Position numbers and translations under genes: made by a program
Assembly: GCF_003790525.1 (NCBI RefSeq)
Contig: NZ_CP033635.1
Direction: 5' to 3' (one strand)
From: Escherichia coli
Lineage (GTDB): Bacteria; Pseudomonadota; Gammaproteobacteria; Enterobacterales; Enterobacteriaceae
Length of the DNA: 64,000 nt
The notes under the pieces: model-generated
What the model saw: only the letters and a program-made list of their open reading frames with translations
What the model was told of the DNA's origin: nothing
The model's database searches: none
Shown: in pieces, positions 17,891 to 27,944 of the stretch
Numbering within the stretch: the first letter of the stretch is position 1
Layout of the letters: every line of letters starts with the position of its first letter

Positions 17891-19141
17891 ATGGAAAGTA
17901 AAGTAGTTGTTCCGGCACAAGGCAAGAAGATCACCCTGCAAAACGGCAAACTCAACGTTCCTGAAAATCCGATTATCCCTTACATTGAAGGTGATGGAAT
18001 CGGTGTAGATGTAACCCCAGCCATGCTGAAAGTGGTCGACGCTGCAGTCGAGAAAGCCTATAAAGGCGAGCGTAAAATCTCCTGGATGGAAATTTACACC
18101 GGTGAAAAATCCACACAGGTTTATGGTCAGGATGTCTGGCTACCTGCTGAAACCCTTGATCTGATTCGTGAATATCGCGTTGCCATCAAAGGCCCGCTGA
18201 CCACTCCGGTTGGTGGCGGTATTCGCTCTCTCAACGTTGCTCTGCGCCAGGAACTGGATCTCTACATCTGCCTGCGTCCGGTACGTTACTATCAGGGCAC
18301 TCCAAGCCCGGTTAAACACCCTGAACTGACCGATATGGTTATCTTCCGTGAAAACTCGGAAGACATTTATGCGGGTATCGAATGGAAAGCAGACTCTGCC
18401 GACGCTGAGAAAGTGATTAAATTCCTGCGTGAAGAGATGGGCGTGAAGAAAATTCGCTTCCCGGAACATTGCGGTATCGGTATTAAGCCGTGTTCTGAAG
18501 AAGGCACCAAACGTCTGGTTCGTGCAGCGATCGAATACGCAATTGCTAACGATCGTGACTCTGTGACCCTGGTGCACAAAGGCAACATCATGAAGTTCAC
18601 CGAAGGCGCGTTTAAAGACTGGGGCTACCAGCTGGCGCGTGAAGAGTTTGGCGGTGAACTGATCGACGGCGGCCCGTGGCTGAAAGTTAAAAACCCGAAC
18701 ACCGGCAAAGAGATCGTCATTAAAGACGTGATTGCTGATGCATTCCTGCAACAGATCCTGCTGCGTCCGGCTGAATATGATGTTATCGCCTGTATGAACC
18801 TGAACGGTGACTACATTTCTGACGCCCTGGCAGCGCAGGTTGGCGGTATCGGTATCGCCCCTGGCGCAAACATCGGTGACGAATGCGCCCTGTTTGAAGC
18901 CACCCACGGTACTGCGCCGAAATATGCCGGTCAGGACAAAGTAAACCCAGGCTCTATTATTCTCTCCGCTGAGATGATGTTACGCCATATGGGTTGGACT
19001 GAAGCCGCAGACCTGATTGTTAAAGGTATGGAAGGCGCGATCAACGCGAAGACTGTAACCTATGACTTCGAACGTCTGATGGAAGGCGCTAAACTGCTGA
19101 AATGTTCAGAGTTTGGTGATGCGATCATCAAGAACATGTAA
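17891..19141 (+). CDS. icd: Isocitrate dehydrogenase (NADP), intact with no e14 insertion
   Basis: 416 aa, full length, ending [10 protein letters not shown]. Confidence 0.97.
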   Translation: MESKVVVPAQGKKITLQNGKLNVPENPIIPYIEGDGIGVDVTPAMLKVVDAAVEKAYKGERKISWMEIYTGEKSTQVYGQDVWLPAETLDLIREYRVAIKGPLTTPVGGGIRSLNVALRQELDLYICLRPVRYYQGTPSPVKHPELTDMVIFRENSEDIYAGIEWKADSADAEKVIKFLREEMGVKKIRFPEHCGIGIKPCSEEGTKRLVRAAIEYAIANDRDSVTLVHKGNIMKFTEGAFKDWGYQLAREEFGGELIDGGPWLKVKNPNTGKEIVIKDVIADAFLQQILLRPAEYDVIACMNLNGDYISDALAAQVGGIGIAPGANIGDECALFEATHGTAPKYAGQDKVNPGSIILSAEMMLRHMGWTEAADLIVKGMEGAINAKTVTYDFERLMEGAKLLKCSEFGDAIIKNM

Positions 19142-19164
19142 TCTCTACATGTGTTAAATATTGA

Positions 19165-19196
19165 AACGGGCGTATAACACGCCCGTTGTTTTATTT
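19165..19196 (+). terminator. icd terminator
   Basis: AACGGGCG (19165-19172) pairs with CGCCCGTT (19180-19187), followed by GTTTTATTT. Confidence 0.8.
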
Positions 19197-19305
19197 ATGT
19201 GGATATTATTAATAGCATGTCGAGAATATTTATATGAAGCCCATTACTTGGGTGATGCTGCCAACTTACTGATTTAGTGTATGATGGTGTTTTTGAGGTG
19301 CTCCA

Positions 19306-19581
19306 GTGGCTTCTGTTTCTATCAGCTGTCCCTCCTGTTCAGCTACTGACGGGGTGGTGCGTAACGGCAAAAGCACCGCCGGACATCAGCGCTATCTCTG
19401 CTCTCACTGCCGTAAAACATGGCAACTGCAGTTCACTTACACCGCTTCTCAACCCGGTACGCACCAGAAAATCATTGATATGGCCATGAATGGCGTTGGA
19501 TGCCGGGCAACCGCCCGCATTATGGGCGTTGGCCTCAACACGATTTTCCGCCATTTAAAAAACTCAGGCCGCAGTCGGTAA
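19306..19581 (+). CDS. insA: IS1 InsA
   Basis: 91 aa, [39 protein letters not shown]... Confidence 0.95.
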   Translation: MASVSISCPSCSATDGVVRNGKSTAGHQRYLCSHCRKTWQLQFTYTASQPGTHQKIIDMAMNGVGCRATARIMGVGLNTIFRHLKNSGRSR

Positions 19582-20003
19582 CCTCGCGCATACAGCCGGG
19601 CAGTGACGTCATCGTCTGCGCGGAAATGGACGAACAGTGGGGATACGTCGGGGCTAAATCGCGCCAGCGCTGGCTGTTTTACGCGTATGACAGGCTCCGG
19701 AAGACGGTTGTTGCGCACGTATTCGGTGAACGCACTCTGGCCACACTGGAGCGTCTTCTAAGCCTGCTGTCGGCCTTTGAGGTCGTGGTATGGATGACGG
19801 ATGGCTGGCCGCTGTATGAATCCCGCCTGAAGGGAAAGCTGCACGTAATCAGCAAGCGTTACACTCAGCGAATTGAGCGGCATAACCTGAATCTGAGACA
19901 ACATCTGGCAAGGCTGGGACGGAAGTCACTGTCGTTCTCAAAATCGGTGGAGCTGCATGACAAGGTCATCGGGCATTATCTGAACATAAAACACTATCAG
20001 TAA
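19500..20003 (+). CDS. insB: IS1 InsB reading frame (expressed as the InsAB' frameshift fusion)
   Basis: 167-aa ORF in the -1 frame relative to insA. The A-run TTTAAAAAAC is at about 19553-19562. Confidence 0.9.
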   Translation: MPGNRPHYGRWPQHDFPPFKKLRPQSVTSRIQPGSDVIVCAEMDEQWGYVGAKSRQRWLFYAYDRLRKTVVAHVFGERTLATLERLLSLLSAFEVVVWMTDGWPLYESRLKGKLHVISKRYTQRIERHNLNLRQHLARLGRKSLSFSKSVELHDKVIGHYLNIKHYQ

Positions 20004-20020
20004 GTTGGAGTCATTACCCA

Positions 20021-20344
20021 TTACTTGAGTCCATATGGGCATATTTTTATAATGCAACTATTATGCAAACATTTATTTGTTATTTTGCTTTCTCCTGGAG
20101 GACACTCTTGACTGCTTTTGAGTAAACTCCATAAATCCTTGTTGAATGATGCGATGTTATAAATAGTAATAGGATATTCTTTATCCTTAAGGATAATACC
20201 AGACTTAACCGGTGTAAATATCCTGCCAGGAGGGAGAAATATAGTAGATTGATACCAGATGATCATTTTCATATCACCCCATATGGCTGAAAAAGATATG
20301 CCGCATGTAGGTTGAATTACCGTGTCAATTACTATCCACTTCAT
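20021..20344 (-). CDS. iraM: Anti-adaptor protein IraM
   Basis: 107 aa, [23 protein letters not shown]..., K-12 length. Confidence 0.9.
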   Translation of the reverse strand: MKWIVIDTVIQPTCGISFSAIWGDMKMIIWYQSTIFLPPGRIFTPVKSGIILKDKEYPITIYNIASFNKDLWSLLKSSQECPPGESKITNKCLHNSCIIKICPYGLK

Positions 20345-20788
20345 TTGTTATGTCTTATCCCACGGTGCTTAATATAGTTCATTTGGATGTTCATTTCTTG
20401 ATTTTGCATATGTGTATATTACTCCCAAAAAAATAAATTAATTAAAAATTAATGTCATTATCTATATAAAACAAAATTTAAAGCAAGGAATCTCAATAGA
20501 GATTAAACAAAATGAGATTTAGTGAAAACATTAAATTATTCACTTCGTTTTAGATTTGTTTAGCTAAAATGTTATACATTCAAATGACTGAATATTCTGT
20601 AATTAAAACATAGCCTTTATGCTACTTTGAGCCAATTTGCTAAACATTATGGTTGGCCTTTTAATATAACGATAATGATGAATATAAGCATGACATGAGA
20701 ATAATGTTTCAATTTTTTAGTTATATAGGAATGGTTTGACCCATTCCTGGCTAAAATACATATAACCGGATGATGACTAAACCAAAAC

Positions 20789-20847
20789 ACATGTGCGTTA
20801 AGTATTGAAACGGGCGTATGGCACGCCCGTTGGTTTTATAAATATGT
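20789..20847. repeat. Second, diverged copy of the icd 3' flank and terminator
   Basis: ACATGTGCGTTAAGTATTGAAACGGGCGTATGGCACGCCCGTTGGTTTTAT compared with 19147-19200. Confidence 0.8.
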
Positions 20848-21046
20848 TAACCGTTATAAAATAACGTATAGAAAGTCAAGTGATCACATTTCAAATATCA
20901 AGTTGATAGTATTGATCTGGTGATTATTTATGGGTGGCAATAAAAAGATAGTATTACTCATCCATATGAATAGTCTCTGCACTTTTATTTCCATTATGCT
21001 AATGCCTTACTGAATTATGAAGCATTTTTTAAGCATCCAACTTTAG

Positions 21047-21451
21047 CTAGATTAATGGTTTATTGTTTTCTACATCTTCAATATATAAAAGCGTATTATC
21101 AATGGCGTAGTAACTGCGTTTGTTATGATTAACATCAGTAACCCACCGGAAAACGCCCGCGTCTGCCAGTGTTGAACAGTATTCCCGAAATGTAGATTTT
21201 CCGCAAATATGAAGCAATGCGGCCTCTTTTATTTTAGCAGGGTTCTTGGTCGTACTAACTTTTAACAGGTTCCTGGTTCCTCTTAATAACAAAACCGTGT
21301 CATCGTGAGTAATAATTCTGATGTTATCCGTAGCTAGATAATAAATGTAATGTGCAATACGGTGATGTTTTAATTCTGAATAAAACCAGGAGAAGTTTTG
21401 CTCTTTTCTCACTTGCTCAAACATCTTTTGAAAAACAACGACCTGATCCAT
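21047..21451 (-). CDS. ycgX: DUF1398-family protein YcgX
   Basis: 134 aa, K-12 synteny. Confidence 0.85.
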   Translation of the reverse strand: MDQVVVFQKMFEQVRKEQNFSWFYSELKHHRIAHYIYYLATDNIRIITHDDTVLLLRGTRNLLKVSTTKNPAKIKEAALLHICGKSTFREYCSTLADAGVFRWVTDVNHNKRSYYAIDNTLLYIEDVENNKPLI

Positions 21452-21671
21452 CAGGATAATAACCTCTTGTTAGTTGTGAGATTGCGTAGTGTGCACGATC
21501 GGTTTTACCACTTCAATCTGGTCTGTCCTTTGGCTGTGATATGTACAAAGTGTGAAAGGGGGATTACCTGAATTCTCCCGGTGAACATTTTGTAATGGAC
21601 CAGCTCCGGTACAAACGCTGTTGTGGGTTCAGATTATAACATTCTGTCTAAGGGGCGGGATAAAGGTGAAA

Positions 21672-22403
21672 TTAGGGGGCATGGAAGATGACTTTATAAC
21701 CTTGCTCACCCCAGTGTTGTAAAAGTTCGTTTTGCCTTCTCGTTGGTGCCATGCCTGTCCAGACAATCAATGTTTGCGTCGGGAACAGTTCCGGGCGCGG
21801 CGATTCAATGGGATCAGCAAGAACAGAAATGTGCCATCCTGACAATGATAAACGCCATGCTTCCAGCCACAATCGTGCTCTCTCTTCAACATTCCACGCC
21901 ATCAGAATGGCTTCTTTACCGGGCTTACGGCGCATTTCGAAAAGCGAGGCTGCTGCGTATTCAATTAATGCGCCGTCAAACATACTGCTCATAATGCGGG
22001 AGGTGTTGTGATCAAGCACGAGACGCTGGCGAACAGGAAGGTAAACATGATTAATCAATTGATCTACTGGGTACTCTCGGCCCAGTGAAATAATTCTCGC
22101 GCGTAGTTTGGCAGGATTAGCCATACGAAGAATTGACATCATCTCTTCTTGCAGGCGGCTCCAGTCATCTTCCGTATCCTGGCTGGTGGTTTCCAGTAAT
22201 GCTTTAACTTTGCCTACAGGGACGCCATTACTTATCCAACGCTTGATCTCTTCGATGCGTTGTATGTCTTCTTCATCAAAGAGTCGGTGTCCGCCTTCAC
22301 TGCGCTGTGGTTTTAACAAACCGTAGCGGCGTTGCCAGGCCCGGAGAGTGACAGGATTAATCCCGCAACGTTCAGCAACATCACCAATGCTGTAATAAGC
22401 CAC
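21672..22403 (-). CDS. bluR: MerR-family repressor BluR (YcgE)
   Basis: 243 aa. N-terminal MerR helix-turn-helix, [26 protein letters not shown]. Confidence 0.93.
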   Translation of the reverse strand: MAYYSIGDVAERCGINPVTLRAWQRRYGLLKPQRSEGGHRLFDEEDIQRIEEIKRWISNGVPVGKVKALLETTSQDTEDDWSRLQEEMMSILRMANPAKLRARIISLGREYPVDQLINHVYLPVRQRLVLDHNTSRIMSSMFDGALIEYAAASLFEMRRKPGKEAILMAWNVEERARLWLEAWRLSLSGWHISVLADPIESPRPELFPTQTLIVWTGMAPTRRQNELLQHWGEQGYKVIFHAP

Positions 22404-22454
22404 AATTCCTCCTTGCGGTCACAAATCTCCGTCGCCTGTACACGACCCAATAAT

Positions 22455-22488
22455 ACTTTGTACAATATACGCTAAAATTGTACAAAGT
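22455..22488. promoter_or_regulatory. 12-bp perfect inverted repeat upstream of bluR (MerR-type operator candidate)
   Basis: ACTTTGTACAAT (22455-22466) / ATTGTACAAAGT (22477-22488). Related TGTACA/GTACAA half-sites also lie at about 24058-24080 upstream of ycgZ. Confidence 0.5.
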
Positions 22489-22607
22489 ATAAATAAGATT
22501 TCAGCTAAATTGAATGAAACATTATTTTTAATGTGGATTAAATTTAAACATAACGTATTCATTTTCACGATGATTTTCAGAAATCATACGAAATAATGTG
22601 CTGAAAA

Positions 22608-23819
22608 TTATTTTTTCTCCGGCCACGCAACTGAAGGGATACCATTCAATTTAGCTTTCGCAAACAGATCTCCCTGAAACATCTCAATTCCTGCAGATTC
22701 AAGCCACATCCACTCTTCTGGTGTTGTCACACCCATAGCAGAGACTTGAATTTCAAGTGATGTACAGCATTTTATGATCGCTTGAATAATTGCCTGCCGT
22801 GGCCCGCTTTTATGAACATTGGTAATCAATTCCTGACTGATTTTAATTCTGTCAGGCTGGAAGCGTGACAGGAGTAACAAACCGGCAAAACCTGCGCCAA
22901 AATGATCAATTGCTACACTGATACCGGCAGCCTTAAGCGATTTAATCGCTTCTGCAAACTCATCAAACCGAGATATGACTTCACTTTCAGTAAATTCAAC
23001 GATGATTTGTTCAGGCACCAGAGCATTGGCCTTTATTTCATCAAGTAAAAAAGAGACTGCGTCAGGTTCGTTAACCAGGGTCATAGGTAATAGATTGATT
23101 GAAATCATTTTATCACCGAGCTCAAGTGCGTGTGCCATCGCGAATGCAAGCGCCTTACTTTTGAGATCCGCTTTGTAGATTTCCCCGTCTTTACGCTGCC
23201 CAACCGCTATAGCTGATGGGCTATCTTCATTTTTTTGCACAATGGCTTCAAAAGCGATTATCCGCCGCGATAAGGGATCGACAATAGGATGAAAGGCAAA
23301 GTGGTCATTTATAGTTGGTGAAAGGGTACAGGAATCAAGTTCTTTATCAGATCCGTCAGCGATAAAAAGCCAGGAGTCTTCGGCAGGGATCTCGAAATAG
23401 GTTGCTTGTTCGGTTGCAAGGACAAAAGTACGAAAAAATTGTAGCGCTCTGTCATCATAAGTTAGCTGAAATTTTGATGTGCCTTTGTCGAATACGGCCT
23501 GTAAAACGTCATCTCGCTCGTGCAGGCGCAAATCAAATAATTCCATTCCCGCTTTGCCAAAACGGCGAGCAGGCGCGTAATCGCACATCAGCTCAACAAT
23601 ATTATAGTGCCGTGGATCCTGGCATATAGCCCGATATATCATTTTAACCTGTTCTTCCGGACCTTCCAGAAGCTGGAAAAAATGAGAACCATTAAACAGT
23701 AAGATCCCTGTTACGTCAGACTGCATGTTCCTGCGATTTGCTATCGAAACCATTTCTTCGATTTTTTTGACAGGTTCGTCGTCACGTATATGGCTACGAT
23801 AAATAAGGGTGGTAAGCAT
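22608..23819 (-). CDS. bluF: Blue-light sensor BluF (BLUF domain plus degenerate EAL domain)
   Basis: 403 aa from MLTTLIYRSHIRDDEP. The ORF track extends 26 codons further upstream. Confidence 0.93.
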   Translation of the reverse strand: MLTTLIYRSHIRDDEPVKKIEEMVSIANRRNMQSDVTGILLFNGSHFFQLLEGPEEQVKMIYRAICQDPRHYNIVELMCDYAPARRFGKAGMELFDLRLHERDDVLQAVFDKGTSKFQLTYDDRALQFFRTFVLATEQATYFEIPAEDSWLFIADGSDKELDSCTLSPTINDHFAFHPIVDPLSRRIIAFEAIVQKNEDSPSAIAVGQRKDGEIYKADLKSKALAFAMAHALELGDKMISINLLPMTLVNEPDAVSFLLDEIKANALVPEQIIVEFTESEVISRFDEFAEAIKSLKAAGISVAIDHFGAGFAGLLLLSRFQPDRIKISQELITNVHKSGPRQAIIQAIIKCCTSLEIQVSAMGVTTPEEWMWLESAGIEMFQGDLFAKAKLNGIPSVAWPEKK

Positions 23820-24132
23820 TAACTGTCCAGGGTAATGGGAGAGGCGAGAGTAAGACGGTAACAGACATATCTTCCGGTGTCTTTCTTTTAATACCAAAAC
23901 ATAACTGTTTCTTTACATTGATAAAAAATGGAAAAAGTTGAAGATGAGTTGGCGAAAATTCTTGTATAGGTTGTTATCTAAATGATGCAATATTTTTTAT
24001 CATAACATGTTGTTTTGTATGTATTAGCACTAAATGCAAAAAATTAATTTATCATTCTGTACACATATTTCGTACAAGTTTGCTATTGTTACCTCACTTA
24101 ACATTGATTAACATTTTTAACAGAGGCGTAGC

Positions 24133-24369
24133 ATGCATCAAAATTCAGTGACTTCAGATTCTGCGGGAGCAATCACTCGTTACTTTGCAAAAGCTAACTT
24201 GCCTACTCAGCAGGAAACTCTCGGGGAAATTGTGACTGAGATTTTGAAAGATGGACGTAATCTGAGTCGAAAGTCGCTTTGTGCCAAACTTCTTTGCCGA
24301 CTGGAACAAGCGACAGGGGAAGAGGAACAGAAACATTATAATGCACTAATTGGGTTGCTTTTTGAATAA
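24133..24369 (+). CDS. ycgZ: YcgZ
   Basis: 78 aa, K-12 synteny. Confidence 0.88.
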   Translation: MHQNSVTSDSAGAITRYFAKANLPTQQETLGEIVTEILKDGRNLSRKSLCAKLLCRLEQATGEEEQKHYNALIGLLFE

Positions 24370-24411
24370 TGCAACAGCCTGATTATTTAACAGGTTAGCT
24401 ATGAAGTCGTT

Positions 24412-24684
24412 ATGAAGACATCTGATAATGAAAGTATAAAATATGAAATTACTGGCCAGGCGGTGCTCCATATACTGCGCATGAAGATAAATTTTTCGTT
24501 GCAGACTCTTATTAAGCAATTACTCGTAATGAAATCGGCTGAGGAAAATGCTTTCCGACGAGATTTAATTGACAGCATTATTCGTGATTTTAGCAACAGT
24601 GATACAGGAGGGCCAAACAGAAGAACAGCGATAGCTGACAATAAAAGTATGTTCAATGGTAAGAAAATAAACAGAATACATTAA
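24412..24684 (+). CDS. ymgA: YmgA (RcsB connector)
   Basis: 90 aa, K-12 synteny. Confidence 0.88.
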   Translation: MKTSDNESIKYEITGQAVLHILRMKINFSLQTLIKQLLVMKSAEENAFRRDLIDSIIRDFSNSDTGGPNRRTAIADNKSMFNGKKINRIH

Positions 24685-24712
24685 AATTTCATAAGTAAGA
24701 TGAGAGGTTACC

Positions 24713-24979
24713 ATGCTTGAAGATACTACAATTCATAATGCAATAACTGATAAAGCGTTATCAAGTTACTTTCGCAGTTCGGGTAATTTGTTAGAAGAAG
24801 AGTCAGCAGTGTTAGGGCAGGCTGTCACCAATTTAATGCTTTCAGGCGATAATGTTAATAATAAAAATATTATCTTAAGTCTGATACACTCCCTGGAAAC
24901 AACAAATGATATCCTCAAAGCTGATGTGATCAGAAAAACACTGGAAATCGTGTTGCGATACACAGCGGATGATATGTGA
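24713..24979 (+). CDS. ariR: AriR (YmgB), biofilm and acid-resistance regulator
   Basis: 88 aa, K-12 synteny. Confidence 0.88.
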   Translation: MLEDTTIHNAITDKALSSYFRSSGNLLEEESAVLGQAVTNLMLSGDNVNNKNIILSLIHSLETTNDILKADVIRKTLEIVLRYTADDM

Positions 24980-25091
24980 CTTTTAATTATTAAGTATAAA
25001 TTTATAGAAAACTCATTCATCTTATTTTTGTCTGTCGCTTTAGACTATACACAGCATAATTTTATTGGGTTAATATTTCTACGAGGCTGAC

Positions 25092-25340
25092 ATGAATAAT
25101 TCAATCCCAGAGAGATTTATTTTGCAATGTGCTTTGTTTAAAAATCTCGAGAGGGAGGTGTTCATGACGCATGGGTATGTTGATAGTTATATTATTGATC
25201 AGGCTTTACGCTTGCGTTTAAAAGATGAAACCAGTGTGATTCTTTCTGATCTCTATCTGCAAATATTGCAGTACATTGAAATGCATAAGACTACACTAAC
25301 GGATATCATTATTAATGACAGGGAATCCGTGATCTCTTAG
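25092..25340 (+). CDS. ymgC: YmgC
   Basis: 82 aa, K-12 synteny. Confidence 0.85.
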   Translation: MNNSIPERFILQCALFKNLEREVFMTHGYVDSYIIDQALRLRLKDETSVILSDLYLQILQYIEMHKTTLTDIIINDRESVIS

Positions 25341-25671
25341 AACTTGAGTAAGGTTATAGAATAAACATCAGCTGTATTACCATGCTGGTGCAAAGTGAGC
25401 ATTTCAGGCGTTATGCTTTCTTAATATGTCCGCAATATCAGGTGCCAAGAATGGAGAGTTCTCGCTCTCCATTCTTGACACCTGATATCCCGCCTAATTT
25501 ATTTTATCCTATCTACATTATGCTCAATAATTAATGGGTTAGATCAAGATGGAGAAAATTTTATCTTCGGCGTGGATATTTCTTATGCTCTCTACCATGC
25601 TCTCTGTAGATGCCAGCGCGAGCGAATGAATGGCATTTTCATGTATTAAACCCTTTGGCCGGGACAAGCAA

Positions 25672-27195
25672 ATGCGCAATACACTCATACCCATCCTCGT
25701 TGCGATATGCTTGTTTATAACCGGTGTCGCTATTTTGAACATCCAGCTCTGGTATTCCGCAAAAGCAGAGTACCTGGCAGGAGCGAGATATGCCGCCAAC
25801 AATATCAATCATATACTTGAAGAAGCGTCACAGGCGACTCAAACAGCGGTTAACATTGCCGGGAAGGAATGCGACCTCGAGGAGCAATATCAGCTTGGCA
25901 CTGAAGCAGCTCTGAAACCTCACCTGCGCACAATCATCATTCTCAAACAGGGAACGGTCTGGTGTACATCCTTACCGGGGAATCGGGTCCTGCTGTCTCG
26001 TATTCCTGTTTTCCCGGACAGTAATTTACTGTTGGCTCCGGCAATCGACACCGTTAATAGATTACCTATCCTGCTCTATCAGAGCCAATTTGCAGATACG
26101 CGCATTTTGGTTACGATAAGTGATCAGCATATTCGCGGGGCGCTTAATGTACCCTTGAAAGGGGTAAGGTATGTATTACGCGTGGCGGATGACATTATTG
26201 GACCTACGGGTGATGTGATGACGCTTAATGGACATTATCCCTATACCGAGAAGGTTCACTCCACAAAATATCATTTCACTATTATCTTTAACCCGCCACC
26301 ACTCTTTAGCTTCTACAGACTTATCGATAAAGGCTTTGGGATATTGATATTTATTCTGTTAATCGCCTGCGCCGCTGCTTTGCTGCTTGATAGGTATTTC
26401 AATAAAAGCGCAACGCCTGAAGAGATCCTGCGACGGGCTATAAATAATGGGGAGATCGTCCCTTTTTACCAACCTGTGGTAAATGGTCGGGAAGGGACAT
26501 TGCGGGGAGTTGAGGTGTTAGCCCGCTGGAAACAACCTCACGGTGGATATATATCACCCGCGGCATTTATTCCACTTGCTGAAAAATCCGGATTAATCGT
26601 TCCGCTTACGCAAAGCCTGATGAATCAGGTTGCCAGACAGATGAACGCTATCTCGAGTAAACTGCCGGAGGGTTTTCATATTGGAATTAATTTTAGCGCC
26701 TCGCATATTATTTCGCCGACGTTTGTCGACGAGTGCTTAAATTACCGTGACAGTTTTACCCGCCGCGATTTAAACCTCGTTCTGGAAGTCACCGAGCGTG
26801 AGCCATTAAATGTTGATGAAAGTCTGGTTCAGCGGTTGAACATTCTGCATGAAAATGGTTTTGTCATCGCGCTGGATGATTTCGGTACTGGCTACTCAGG
26901 GCTTTCTTATCTGCATGACCTGCATATTGATTATATCAAAATTGATCACAGTTTCGTTGGCCGCGTCAACGCAGACCCAGAATCAACCCGAATTCTGGAT
27001 TGTGTATTGGATCTGGCGCGTAAACTTTCGATCAGTATCGTCGCTGAAGGTGTCGAAACGAAAGAACAACTTGATTATCTGAACCAAAATAATATCACAT
27101 TTCAGCAGGGTTATTATTTCTATAAACCTGTTACATACATCGACCTGGTCAAAATTATCCTTTCTAAACCGAAGGTGAAGGTTGTGGTTGAGTGA
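25672..27195 (+). CDS. pdeG: c-di-GMP phosphodiesterase PdeG (CSS-motif plus EAL domain)
   Basis: 507 aa from MRNTLIPILVAICL. The EAL domain contains EVLARW... Confidence 0.92.
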   Translation: MRNTLIPILVAICLFITGVAILNIQLWYSAKAEYLAGARYAANNINHILEEASQATQTAVNIAGKECDLEEQYQLGTEAALKPHLRTIIILKQGTVWCTSLPGNRVLLSRIPVFPDSNLLLAPAIDTVNRLPILLYQSQFADTRILVTISDQHIRGALNVPLKGVRYVLRVADDIIGPTGDVMTLNGHYPYTEKVHSTKYHFTIIFNPPPLFSFYRLIDKGFGILIFILLIACAAALLLDRYFNKSATPEEILRRAINNGEIVPFYQPVVNGREGTLRGVEVLARWKQPHGGYISPAAFIPLAEKSGLIVPLTQSLMNQVARQMNAISSKLPEGFHIGINFSASHIISPTFVDECLNYRDSFTRRDLNLVLEVTEREPLNVDESLVQRLNILHENGFVIALDDFGTGYSGLSYLHDLHIDYIKIDHSFVGRVNADPESTRILDCVLDLARKLSISIVAEGVETKEQLDYLNQNNITFQQGYYFYKPVTYIDLVKIILSKPKVKVVVE

Positions 27196-27326
27196 AAATT
27201 GATCAGTAAGGCCATGGTGCGGTGTAATTATAGACAGCTAATTAGCTCGTTGCCTCTTGTTACTATTGTTCATTATTTTGTTTGCTATAATTGTTTGAAA
27301 GTTTTGACAGGATTGCCATTAGTAGC

Positions 27327-27545
27327 ATGAACAATAGTAATAATCTGGATTATTTCACTCTCTATATCATCTTTTCCATTGCATTTATGCTGATCACTCT
27401 CCTGGTCATCCTTATTGCAAAACCCAGTACCGGGCTGGGAGAAGTGCTTGTGACGATAAATTTGCTTAATGCCCTTGTTTGGCTGGCGATCAATCTGGTT
27501 AATCGATTAAGGGAAAGACTCGTCAGCCACAGGGATCAGCACTAA
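27327..27545 (+). CDS. ymgF: Inner-membrane protein YmgF
   Basis: 72 aa from MNNSNNLDYFTLYII. Confidence 0.85.
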   Translation: MNNSNNLDYFTLYIIFSIAFMLITLLVILIAKPSTGLGEVLVTINLLNALVWLAINLVNRLRERLVSHRDQH

Positions 27546-27944
27546 TCTTTCAGTTTCTCACTGTCAGTATGCGGCTGAATGGGTTGCTGGCAGTGAACGC
27601 CTGGATCATTGAAGGAAAGGTATTATTGCGCAAATAGTTGTCAACCCTGGTGTTATCACAGTTGTTTTTATATATCATCGAAATAATTCTCATGGCAACT
27701 ATTAATAGTTTTGATGTCGAAGAGTTATTTGTTAAACAAAATCGTCACTCCAAAGTGATCAATGTCATGAAAATAAGGTGAAAAATGATAATGCTGACTT
27801 ATTTATCATTTATGCATTGTCGCTGTTTATCTATTTAAATTTCTTGTGCTTTTGTTTTTGTCTTTACCCTCCGTTTTGGTAATCTGAACTCATAGGTTAT
27901 TTGACCAGGAATGTTTGTTAATCCAATGAATGGATGGTTAATCT

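Larger units (their letters stand above)
19251..20018 (+). mobile_element. IS1 (768 bp) with 9-bp target site duplication CATTACTTG
   Basis: The ends are GGTGATGCTGCCAACTTACTGAT and ...AAGTTGGAGTCATTACC. TSD copies are at 19242-19250 and 20019-20027. Confidence 0.97.
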
